Origin: a virus
Lineage: Duplodnaviria > Caudoviricetes
Reading direction: 5' to 3' (one strand)
Virus record (IMG/VR): IMGVR_UViG_3300006119_000827
Location: 1-52,949 of that record
Length of the DNA: 52,949 nt
The translations under genes and the position numbers were made by a program. This document shows positions 18,470 through 26,421 of the stretch, one piece after another. Positions within the stretch are counted from its first letter, which is position 1, and the number at the start of each line of letters is the position of its first letter. The notes under the pieces were generated by a model that searched no databases, was not told the DNA's origin, and was given only the letters and a program-made list of their open reading frames with translations.

Positions 18470-18630
18470 ACGAAAAGCCGAACACCACCACCAAGATCAC
18501 TTCTCGCCGCCTCAAGATTTTCGACGTGCTGGCGGCCCCTGCCCTGCTGTGGCTGGCGTTCTTCGCGTTTGTGACCGGCTGCGATGTCGGGGTTGAGATG
18601 AGCGTTGGGATGCCGGAGCGGGACGACTAA
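18466..18630 (+). CDS. 54-aa putative lipoprotein (not in the ORF track)
   Basis: ATGA overlap; basic N-region, hydrophobic stretch, lipobox-like VTGC; stop TAA at 18628-18630. Confidence 0.5.
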   Translation: MNEKPNTTTKITSRRLKIFDVLAAPALLWLAFFAFVTGCDVGVEMSVGMPERDD

Positions 18631-18631
18631 A

Positions 18632-18910
18632 TTAATCCTTCGCCCGCCAAGCGCGGTTCTTCGACGCCGATATCACCCTTAAATTACTCGGGTGGTTGCT
18701 ACCGCCAGACCGCAGCGGTTTCTTGTGGTCCACGTCCTTACCATCGCCTTTATGCACGAGCCCCTTTTTTTCCATGTGGGCTCGTGCCGCGTTGTTCATG
18801 GTCCGCTTTTTGACCATCTCCGGGCGGGCGTTGTAGCCCTTTACCTGCCGGGTAATTTGCCCCGGCGTGCGGTGCGAGCTCGGATCGCGCTTCTCACCAT
18901 TCTCAGCCAT
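18632..18910 (-). CDS. HNH endonuclease
   Basis: KDVDHKKPL..GGSN...NLR......N; ATG 18910 with GGGAG SD. Confidence 0.85.
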   Translation of the reverse strand: MAENGEKRDPSSHRTPGQITRQVKGYNARPEMVKKRTMNNAARAHMEKKGLVHKGDGKDVDHKKPLRSGGSNHPSNLRVISASKNRAWRAKD

Positions 18911-19343
18911 CTGAACTCTCCCCAATATAGTCGTCAGCTTCAGGGTCACCCCTGGAGAACAAGATATATACTCGCGCGAACTCTAGTAAGTCGGGGTCAT
19001 CCTTGAAATGCCCCAAGCCAACATTACACGCTCTGCATAGTACACCACGAACCTCTTTAGTGTCGTGGCAGTGATCTATGTGCATTGCGTTCTTTGCATC
19101 AAAAATCGAGCCGCAGATAACACACTGGGTTGTCTCAAGCACCATCTCTTTAATCGTCTTATCATCCACCGAAGATCTAAATTTCCCCCGGCGGTTGAGT
19201 TTGTAATTCTCAGAGTATCTTTTCCAATACTCGCGCTTGCATAGCAAACAAGGGCCGCGAATCCCGGTCTTGGACCCTTTTCTTTTTAGGAAGTACTCAG
19301 GTGTCGCGGGCTTTACCTCGCCGCATACTGAGCATTTCTTCAT
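18903..19343 (-). CDS. endonuclease VII-like protein with N-terminal zinc finger
   Basis: CSVCGEVK; CVIC, IDHCH.T..VRGVLC..CN.GLG.FKD. Confidence 0.9.
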   Translation of the reverse strand: MKKCSVCGEVKPATPEYFLKRKGSKTGIRGPCLLCKREYWKRYSENYKLNRRGKFRSSVDDKTIKEMVLETTQCVICGSIFDAKNAMHIDHCHDTKEVRGVLCRACNVGLGHFKDDPDLLEFARVYILFSRGDPEADDYIGESSDG

Positions 19344-19492
19344 CCTGCTTTGGATGGTTTTATGGTGTTGGGTGGCGGGCCTTTGGTTATCAACCGGGCA
19401 ATGGTCAACAACCTCTCGCAGAACGCCACGCGCCGAGAGTTACCCTTCCGGGTAACCTCCTTTGGCGGCGAGCTCGACATCGCAACCCTCCA

Positions 19493-22400
19493 CTAGCGCA
19501 CGTTGTAGGTGTTCGCGGTGTCCTGAAGCATCTGGGTGTTATGCTTGGTCACCGGCATCCCCATGATGGTCGGCTTGGGTTTGCCCTGCGAAGGCTTCGC
19601 AATGGACGACAGCGAGATCTGCTCCTCGCGAGGCACGGACTTGTTGTAGTTCTGGATAGCCGCCGCAGCCTTGACCTTGTCCGCCCCCTTAGCGTTGACC
19701 CAGGCCTGCTTGAGCGCATCCTGATCCGTCTTGGTGGACTGCATCGAGCGATACGCCGCCGCCCGCGCCGCCCCCATATTCGCCACGCTGGATGGCACGA
19801 ACCCGATCCCTTGGCGGATGGTGTCCAGCACCCCCGCAGGCTTCATCGTCTCAGCGCCCTTGGTAGTATGTTTGCCCTCGCTCGCCAGCTTGTAGGCCTT
19901 GGCAACGTCATCGAACGCCTTGACCGGGACCAGCTTGGACAGCCCGCCCACCACGTCGCCGTGCATGACGTCGGTCACCCCATCATGAACGTCCATGGCA
20001 AGCGACGCGGGAGCCCCACCCAGGAAATCAAACAACCAAGATTTTAGATCGTTGGCCTTGTCCGAGCGCGGCTCGCCAAAGAAGAACAACGAGTTCAGAC
20101 CCAGCCGATGGTGAACGTCCACGCCCAGCACCCGGCCCATGCCGTGCATAATGTACTCGGCGGCCTGGGGTCCAAAAGTCTTGGACGCGACCTTCATCGC
20201 GTCGTCCTCGAGGTCAGACCAATTGGTGTTGGTCAGTCCCAGCGCGTTGGCCAGCATGACCGGAGCCTTGATTACCTCCATGGGTAAACCCAGCGCACCC
20301 GCCATCGCGGCATGGGTAGCCACCACACCCGCGAACGCCTTGGCGGCCTCTTTACGTTTGTCCAGATCCTCGTGCTTGAACGCGTCGTACAGGTTGCGGC
20401 CCAGCAGGTGGTAGATCATCTGCGGAAACTGCTTGAACTGTAGGAACGGCCTCAGCACCGGGTTGGCGAAAATAGGCGCTCGGTTGGACCGCGAATATAG
20501 ACCTTGGGAATTTGCGAGCGTGTCGCCCGCATACCGCACGGCAGCAGCGTGATCGCCCTTGGTTTTTTCAAACTCCATGCGGTAGGCAGCAATGGCCTCG
20601 GCCACACGGTTGATGCTCTCGGTGGCCCCCGTTAGCTGACGGAATACACCATCCACATGGTCCAGCGCTTGCATGGCGCGATTGCGGCCCGGCAGCATTC
20701 GATGCACCTCCATTCCCGCGTCGGGATGGATCAGGTTCAGTTCCGAGAGTTCCTTGAGCATCCTGCCCAAGCGAGCCGAGTCTTCAGCGCCCGAGAGCTT
20801 GTTTGAAAAGTGGTTGATCCAATCGGTCGGGGCAGCGGCGATGTCTTTGGCCGTGCGCGCCGCGCCCTTGAAGCCTTCCGCCAACGCACCACCCGCACCC
20901 ATGTCACGGTAAGCCCGTGTCAGGTTCATCATGGTCTTGGGCATCGTGTGTCGTGCCGCCAGCACAGGCGCGGAGATCATCCACGGATGCGTCATGTGCA
21001 GCAGCAAATGCGCCGGGCTCGCCATACGCTTCATGAACGAGACGGTCATCAGCGTGTTGACGAATTGCGAGTAAGCCCCACTCGGGTCCGCCGAGTAGTT
21101 GGAATAAATCCGATCCTCGAGCGAGCGCAGCACGTCCGCGCGTACAAGTTTCGAGTCATCCTCGTGAACCCGATGGTAGTCCCGTAGCGCCGTCATGGCC
21201 GCTTCGCTCTGGGGCTCAAACTCCAGCCGCGCCCTGGCCCGCGCCATGGCCTGGTTGTACTCCATGAGGTTGCGCACCAGGTCCGTGTCAGCGCCCGAGA
21301 TCTTCTTAGCGTTGAGCTGGCTCTTCATGATCCGGTTACCCCGCTGGGTAACGATGGACGTGCGGCGCAGCGCCTCGATGGCGGCTTCCTTGGCGGCAAG
21401 GGTCATGTCCCCACGCGCCTGGATGCCCTTGATCATTTCACGCAACTGCGGCGAACTGATCTCAAGGTCGATGTTCGGGTTGGTAGACCGGCGGTCCACC
21501 TCCTTGACGTTCTTGAACCGATCGTCCCCAGCGAGGGCTTCACGGGATGCCCGAGCCTCACGCTCGCTCTCGTGAAATTCCACATGCTTGGGATCGACGC
21601 GCACTCGGATGCGCTCGTCCAAACCGTTCGGGAAGGTTTTCTTGTCGGCCAGCGCCTCGGTGAGTTTATCACCCTTGAGTTGGGTGCCCTTGTCCGGGTT
21701 CAGGAACACACGCTCGGTTTCGGCGTGCATGTCCAAACCCTTCACGAACGCACGGGCCTTACCCTCGTCGGTAAACTCGAACGTATTACCGTCGTCGTGC
21801 TCAGCGCCGTTCTTGAGCCTGCGAGCACCTTCTGGTGTCATGATGTTATGCTCGGCCTGCACCACGAAATCACCGTGGCGCTTGAGCGGCGTGTACGGAC
21901 CCTCGACCTTCTTGAAGTCCGGGGACTCCATGAGGGCCTTGCCCGTGCCCGGCTCCTTCTCGAACTTTTCCGTGATGAGCTTCTTCTGAGCATCCGTCAG
22001 CGTGCCGTCCTGGATCGCCTTGTGGATCGCGGCGTCCTTGATGCCGACACGCGCCAACTCGGACTCCAAGCGCTCGGAGTTGTACTGGTCGTGGATCTCC
22101 GACGTGTGCTTGAGCACGCGATTAAAGAGCTCCTGCATGGGCTTGGGCAGACCCTCGTAGGTCTTGCGCAAGTCAGCGTATTTCTCCTGACCCTGGATAT
22201 TGCTGTCCTTGGCCAGATGCGCGTTGGCGGGGGAGTTCATAGCCTCGCCAGGGTGAGCGCTGTACACGCGCGCTTCCTGCATGAGCGTCTCGAACGTGCC
22301 CCACTCCTTGGGGTATTGATGGCTCGCCTGGATAAGCTCGCGGCTTAGGGTCTTCCCAGGGTCGGCCAGGGCGTTGCTCTTTTTGTCCGACCGCTCAAGA

Positions 22401-25400
22401 ACTCCCCACAGATTGTGAATGAGATCCTTGTTGCCAAAAACCTTGTCGTAGGATTGGCTCAGCTGGTGCATCGTGAGCCACTTCAATCCCCAGGTGCGGG
22501 TGTTGGAGTTGAAGGGCTGCGCAGCCAGGTCTTTGCCAAAGTCAACGAGTTTGCCGAACGGCTCCGTTACCTGCGAGGTAACCGCCCCCTTGGGATCACG
22601 CACGACGCTCTGAGCGTCCTGAGTATCTTTGAGGAAGCTGGTTTGGGGCTCGGGTTTAAGCTCGGCTTTGGGCTCGGCCTCATTACGGGCGATAAGATTA
22701 TCGCCAATCTTCAGCGACGCCTCCATGAGCGACGTGGCCTTGGACGGTAGGCCCATCTTCTCCAAGACGCTGCGCAGCATGGCCTTCAGGCTATCGAACA
22801 GCGAGCCCTGGGCACCCTTATCCAGTCCGATCATGGCGTTCAAGATCGGGTCGGATTGCAGCTTGCTCAGGATATCCTGAACCTTCGGGTTGCTGAACGC
22901 TTCCGCCAGGAACTCATGCGGGTCATTCTCCCGAATGGCGTATTCCATGGCCGCAGCGTCAGCCGGGTTCTCGCTGTCGCGCAGGTTACGCTCGACGATA
23001 CCCATCATGCGGGTGATCGCCTTCTTGAGATTGGGGCTCTGGTCCAGCGCGTCCCGCATCAGGCTGTGGGACGTCTCATGCAGGATCGCGTGGAGCATAT
23101 CCTTGGGACTGGCCGCCACGTCGTCACGGATGACGATGTAGGGATCGTTGAGCCCGTCAGTGATATACGCAGCCTTCGGCGCACCCTCGTCCGGGCGACC
23201 GATGACACGCTTGAAATCCTCCCCATCGAGGATGTGGACGTTCAAACCCTCGGGAACCACGCGCATAAACGCCGTGCGGATCGCCCGCGCCAGCGCGCCC
23301 GATGTGCCCGTCAGCGCATCCAAATCCAGCTTGCCCAAAAGCTCATGGGCTGGCGACGTCTGAAGCGGCGTGGCCGACTCGCCCGTGATGGGATCGACAA
23401 GCTTGCCGTCATCGAGCATCTGCACCGTCTTCGGACGGCGAAACACCTTCTTACCTTCGGGGGTAACTTCCCAACGGCCCTTGCTGTCCGTGACCGGGAC
23501 GGTCTTCTCGCGTGTGTAGCCAGTGACCGCATCGTCAGGGACCGCGACCTTGGCCCGCTCGTTGCCCTCACCCATAGAACCATCGGATACGGGATGGTCA
23601 TCCTCGCCAGCGCTGGCGCGATCTTCCTTTGCGAGCAGGTTCTCAAGCGGATCGGCAGAAGCTTCCTGCGTTGCAGACGCGGTAGCCTCGCCAATCTTAT
23701 CGACGGTCTTCTCGCCGTCGCCACCCATAGAACCATCTGCAACTTCGGGCTTCATCGCCATCTCGCCTTCGGCGCGGCGCTGCTGGATCAGTTCGTGGAT
23801 CTTGTTCTCGTCATTGGACCGCAGATCCATTTCTCCCGAAACGAACCGCTGGTAATGCTCGAGGGTGTTCACCTTACGCTTGGCAAGCGCCTTCGCTTCC
23901 ATAAGCATCAAGGCGTAGTGGTTGAAGTTCTCTTCTTCGCGGATGTTGTCTTTGAACTTGCCGGGGATCTTCAGGCCGAGTTTCTCAGCGGCAGCGACCA
24001 TCGCCTGAGCGCGTTCGACAAGCTGCGCGCGGGCCGCCGCCGCATCCTTGGTGCCTTTTGCACCAAAGTTCTCCTCGCCCGCGACGGGTGGAAACGCCTC
24101 GACGATCTTTTGCGCCTCGTCGTTTAGACGCTGGCGTTCAGCGATTTCCTTTTTGGTGCGGTTCTTACCCACGTTGACTTTGGTCTGTGCAGCTTTGGTA
24201 TTGCCGCTGTCGCCCACGCCCACGCCCACGCCCACGCTCTTCAGGTGAGCTTCCCGCGCCCGCTCTGCCATCTGCTGGGCACGCTCGGGGGATACGCCCT
24301 TGGACACCGCAAAATCATACGTACGCTGGGCAGCGGCTTCGCTATCCAGGACGTGTTGGTCTTCCTCTTCTGAGGTTACCTGCTGGGTAACGGGTTCCTC
24401 AGCTTGGGTTTCAGCAGGGGCTTCAGTGGGGTTCGCTTTCTGAGCGTCGCGTTCCTGTTTCCTCTTTTCGAGCTTCTCGGGAAGGGTCGTGTCATACCAA
24501 GTCCGCAGATCGACAAACGGTTCTCCGCTTGCTTCCCTGCGCTGCATCGCCCGCTCGTACATCGCGACCTGCGTGCGTTCCAGGTCGATAAACATTTGTT
24601 GCCATTGAGCCGCGCTCTTGTCGCGCGCGGCGGCCAGCCTATTACCTGCTTCGGTTAGGATTCCATTTTTGGTACGCTTGGTAAGCTTGATCGGCTTACC
24701 CGCGTTGGCGTCGATCAGCTTGTTCAGACGATCGACTTCGTCTGAAACTTTCTGCTGGAACTCTGTCTTGGGAGCAACTTCAGGCTCGGGTGCTGGCTCG
24801 GGTGCTGGCTCGGGTGTCGCCTCGGGGGTTGGCTCTTCAGCCGCCGCAGCGCGATCCGCCAGCACCTTCTCAGGCGCTTCAACCTGGACCGTGTTGCCTT
24901 CGGTCTTGGTGTTCTCCAAGTGCTCGACCTGGGCGGGAGCGGTCTGGTCCGTGCCAGCCGCAGCCTTGACCTCTGTGCCCTCGGGCGTGCGCTCGGTGAC
25001 AGCAACCGGCGTCTCGCCAGCATTCGCACGCTCGACCGCCTCGGTCTTATCCACAGGTCCAAGCTCGAGAACTTCGTTGAGCTTGCCCTCTTTGGCGGCG
25101 GCGATAATGTCCTTCGCCTTGATCCGGTCAGGGTCGAAGTAAAACGTCCCGTCCTTGGTGGTGACGAGCTTCATACCCTCGGGGCGCTCGGGCCGGTCGG
25201 CAGCTTTCGTTCCCTTGGGGAACAGCACCGCCGCACGGTTGCCCTCTACAAGCTGCTGGACTTGCGCTTCGAAAGTCTCGGGAGCTTCCGGGACCGTTCG
25301 GCCCTGGTCCTCGATGGGCTCCCCATCGACAGGCTGGGGAGGTGTAGCGGGCGCTTCGGGAGTTGGCTCGGGGGTTGGTTCGGGCGCGGGTGGTTCGGGC

Positions 25401-26416
25401 GCGGGTGGTTCGGGTGGTGCGGGTGGTGTGGAGGTGTCCCGTGTGGTTTCAGTGGTGGCTTCCTTAATAGCCGCTGTCTGGGCAGCGTCAGGGGCGGACT
25501 CTTCAACCGTGGCGACCGGCGCACGCTGAGGGGGTTTCTTGGCCTCGATTTGAGTCTGGGCATCGGAACGGTTCGGGTTATGCCCGCGCAGAACGCCGCC
25601 AGCCGCACCGAACGCACCGCCCGTGGCCGCACCGATCACACCAGCGCGTGCCGTCTGCCCAACATCGTAATCACCACGTAGCGCCATGGTGATATCTTCG
25701 TCTTGGTTGGCGATATCACTCTGGGCGGATTGTATGCCCATGCCGGGAGCATCGACTCCCATCCCAATCAACGCACGCTTGGCCAGCCCGCCGGTCACGT
25801 TGCCCTGGATGACATGGCCCAAGCCACCGCCAGCAACCGCGCCGACGCCAGCCGACACACCCATCTTGGTGTAGCTCAACAAGGTACGGTTCAGTTCGGC
25901 ACGCGCCTGCCGCGTGTCCAAGCCGTTCTCGAGCATGAACTTGAACGCGGGCACCTGCTCAGCGAGCTCTTGGTCCGTCATGGCGTTGGTATGCGCGAGC
26001 GCATCCTCGGCCACGTTGCCCACCTGCATCGCGCCGCCAACAGCCGCAGCGCCCACCACACCCTCGGGTGCCAACAAGGTGAGAGCCACCTGGGGCACCA
26101 AGCCCGCAAGCTGCATACCCAGATACCCAGCCGGGTGGTTTTGCGGGTTGGCTAGGGCGTCCTTACCTCCGGGGGTAAGGGAGTCATCTATGGACGTGCG
26201 GAGATCGTGTATCCCGCTGGCCGCACCACGAAAGAAATCCGCCGTGCTAGGTGCGGCGTTGGACTCTGCGATGCGCTGACCGACAGCGGCGATACCGGCT
26301 GGCACAGCGAGAAGGCCACTGGCTGCCTCCTTACCATAGTCCAGCATCGACGGGCCGGGCGTATCCCCCTGCTGGGGGTTACCTGCGTCGGTAAGCGGGT
26401 CGTACCCAAACGGCAT
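19493..26416 (-). CDS. 2307-aa virion-associated polyvalent/ejection protein
   Basis: Gly/Ala-rich N-terminus; zincin-like LHETSH plus EFLAEAFSNP; PLxRFG-like YTPLKRHG; last large gene of the virion operon. Confidence 0.8.
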   Translation of the reverse strand: MPFGYDPLTDAGNPQQGDTPGPSMLDYGKEAASGLLAVPAGIAAVGQRIAESNAAPSTADFFRGAASGIHDLRTSIDDSLTPGGKDALANPQNHPAGYLGMQLAGLVPQVALTLLAPEGVVGAAAVGGAMQVGNVAEDALAHTNAMTDQELAEQVPAFKFMLENGLDTRQARAELNRTLLSYTKMGVSAGVGAVAGGGLGHVIQGNVTGGLAKRALIGMGVDAPGMGIQSAQSDIANQDEDITMALRGDYDVGQTARAGVIGAATGGAFGAAGGVLRGHNPNRSDAQTQIEAKKPPQRAPVATVEESAPDAAQTAAIKEATTETTRDTSTPPAPPEPPAPEPPAPEPTPEPTPEAPATPPQPVDGEPIEDQGRTVPEAPETFEAQVQQLVEGNRAAVLFPKGTKAADRPERPEGMKLVTTKDGTFYFDPDRIKAKDIIAAAKEGKLNEVLELGPVDKTEAVERANAGETPVAVTERTPEGTEVKAAAGTDQTAPAQVEHLENTKTEGNTVQVEAPEKVLADRAAAAEEPTPEATPEPAPEPAPEPEVAPKTEFQQKVSDEVDRLNKLIDANAGKPIKLTKRTKNGILTEAGNRLAAARDKSAAQWQQMFIDLERTQVAMYERAMQRREASGEPFVDLRTWYDTTLPEKLEKRKQERDAQKANPTEAPAETQAEEPVTQQVTSEEEDQHVLDSEAAAQRTYDFAVSKGVSPERAQQMAERAREAHLKSVGVGVGVGDSGNTKAAQTKVNVGKNRTKKEIAERQRLNDEAQKIVEAFPPVAGEENFGAKGTKDAAAARAQLVERAQAMVAAAEKLGLKIPGKFKDNIREEENFNHYALMLMEAKALAKRKVNTLEHYQRFVSGEMDLRSNDENKIHELIQQRRAEGEMAMKPEVADGSMGGDGEKTVDKIGEATASATQEASADPLENLLAKEDRASAGEDDHPVSDGSMGEGNERAKVAVPDDAVTGYTREKTVPVTDSKGRWEVTPEGKKVFRRPKTVQMLDDGKLVDPITGESATPLQTSPAHELLGKLDLDALTGTSGALARAIRTAFMRVVPEGLNVHILDGEDFKRVIGRPDEGAPKAAYITDGLNDPYIVIRDDVAASPKDMLHAILHETSHSLMRDALDQSPNLKKAITRMMGIVERNLRDSENPADAAAMEYAIRENDPHEFLAEAFSNPKVQDILSKLQSDPILNAMIGLDKGAQGSLFDSLKAMLRSVLEKMGLPSKATSLMEASLKIGDNLIARNEAEPKAELKPEPQTSFLKDTQDAQSVVRDPKGAVTSQVTEPFGKLVDFGKDLAAQPFNSNTRTWGLKWLTMHQLSQSYDKVFGNKDLIHNLWGVLERSDKKSNALADPGKTLSRELIQASHQYPKEWGTFETLMQEARVYSAHPGEAMNSPANAHLAKDSNIQGQEKYADLRKTYEGLPKPMQELFNRVLKHTSEIHDQYNSERLESELARVGIKDAAIHKAIQDGTLTDAQKKLITEKFEKEPGTGKALMESPDFKKVEGPYTPLKRHGDFVVQAEHNIMTPEGARRLKNGAEHDDGNTFEFTDEGKARAFVKGLDMHAETERVFLNPDKGTQLKGDKLTEALADKKTFPNGLDERIRVRVDPKHVEFHESEREARASREALAGDDRFKNVKEVDRRSTNPNIDLEISSPQLREMIKGIQARGDMTLAAKEAAIEALRRTSIVTQRGNRIMKSQLNAKKISGADTDLVRNLMEYNQAMARARARLEFEPQSEAAMTALRDYHRVHEDDSKLVRADVLRSLEDRIYSNYSADPSGAYSQFVNTLMTVSFMKRMASPAHLLLHMTHPWMISAPVLAARHTMPKTMMNLTRAYRDMGAGGALAEGFKGAARTAKDIAAAPTDWINHFSNKLSGAEDSARLGRMLKELSELNLIHPDAGMEVHRMLPGRNRAMQALDHVDGVFRQLTGATESINRVAEAIAAYRMEFEKTKGDHAAAVRYAGDTLANSQGLYSRSNRAPIFANPVLRPFLQFKQFPQMIYHLLGRNLYDAFKHEDLDKRKEAAKAFAGVVATHAAMAGALGLPMEVIKAPVMLANALGLTNTNWSDLEDDAMKVASKTFGPQAAEYIMHGMGRVLGVDVHHRLGLNSLFFFGEPRSDKANDLKSWLFDFLGGAPASLAMDVHDGVTDVMHGDVVGGLSKLVPVKAFDDVAKAYKLASEGKHTTKGAETMKPAGVLDTIRQGIGFVPSSVANMGAARAAAYRSMQSTKTDQDALKQAWVNAKGADKVKAAAAIQNYNKSVPREEQISLSSIAKPSQGKPKPTIMGMPVTKHNTQMLQDTANTYNVR

Positions 26417-26421
26417 CTAGA

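Noticed and set aside
24212-24237. (GCCCAC)4 repeat as a phase-variation switch
   Set aside because: The unit is a multiple of three inside a linker, so slippage would not shift the frame.
19493-26416. N4-like virion RNA polymerase
   Set aside because: No polymerase catalytic motifs were recognised; the motifs fit a polyvalent ejection protein.
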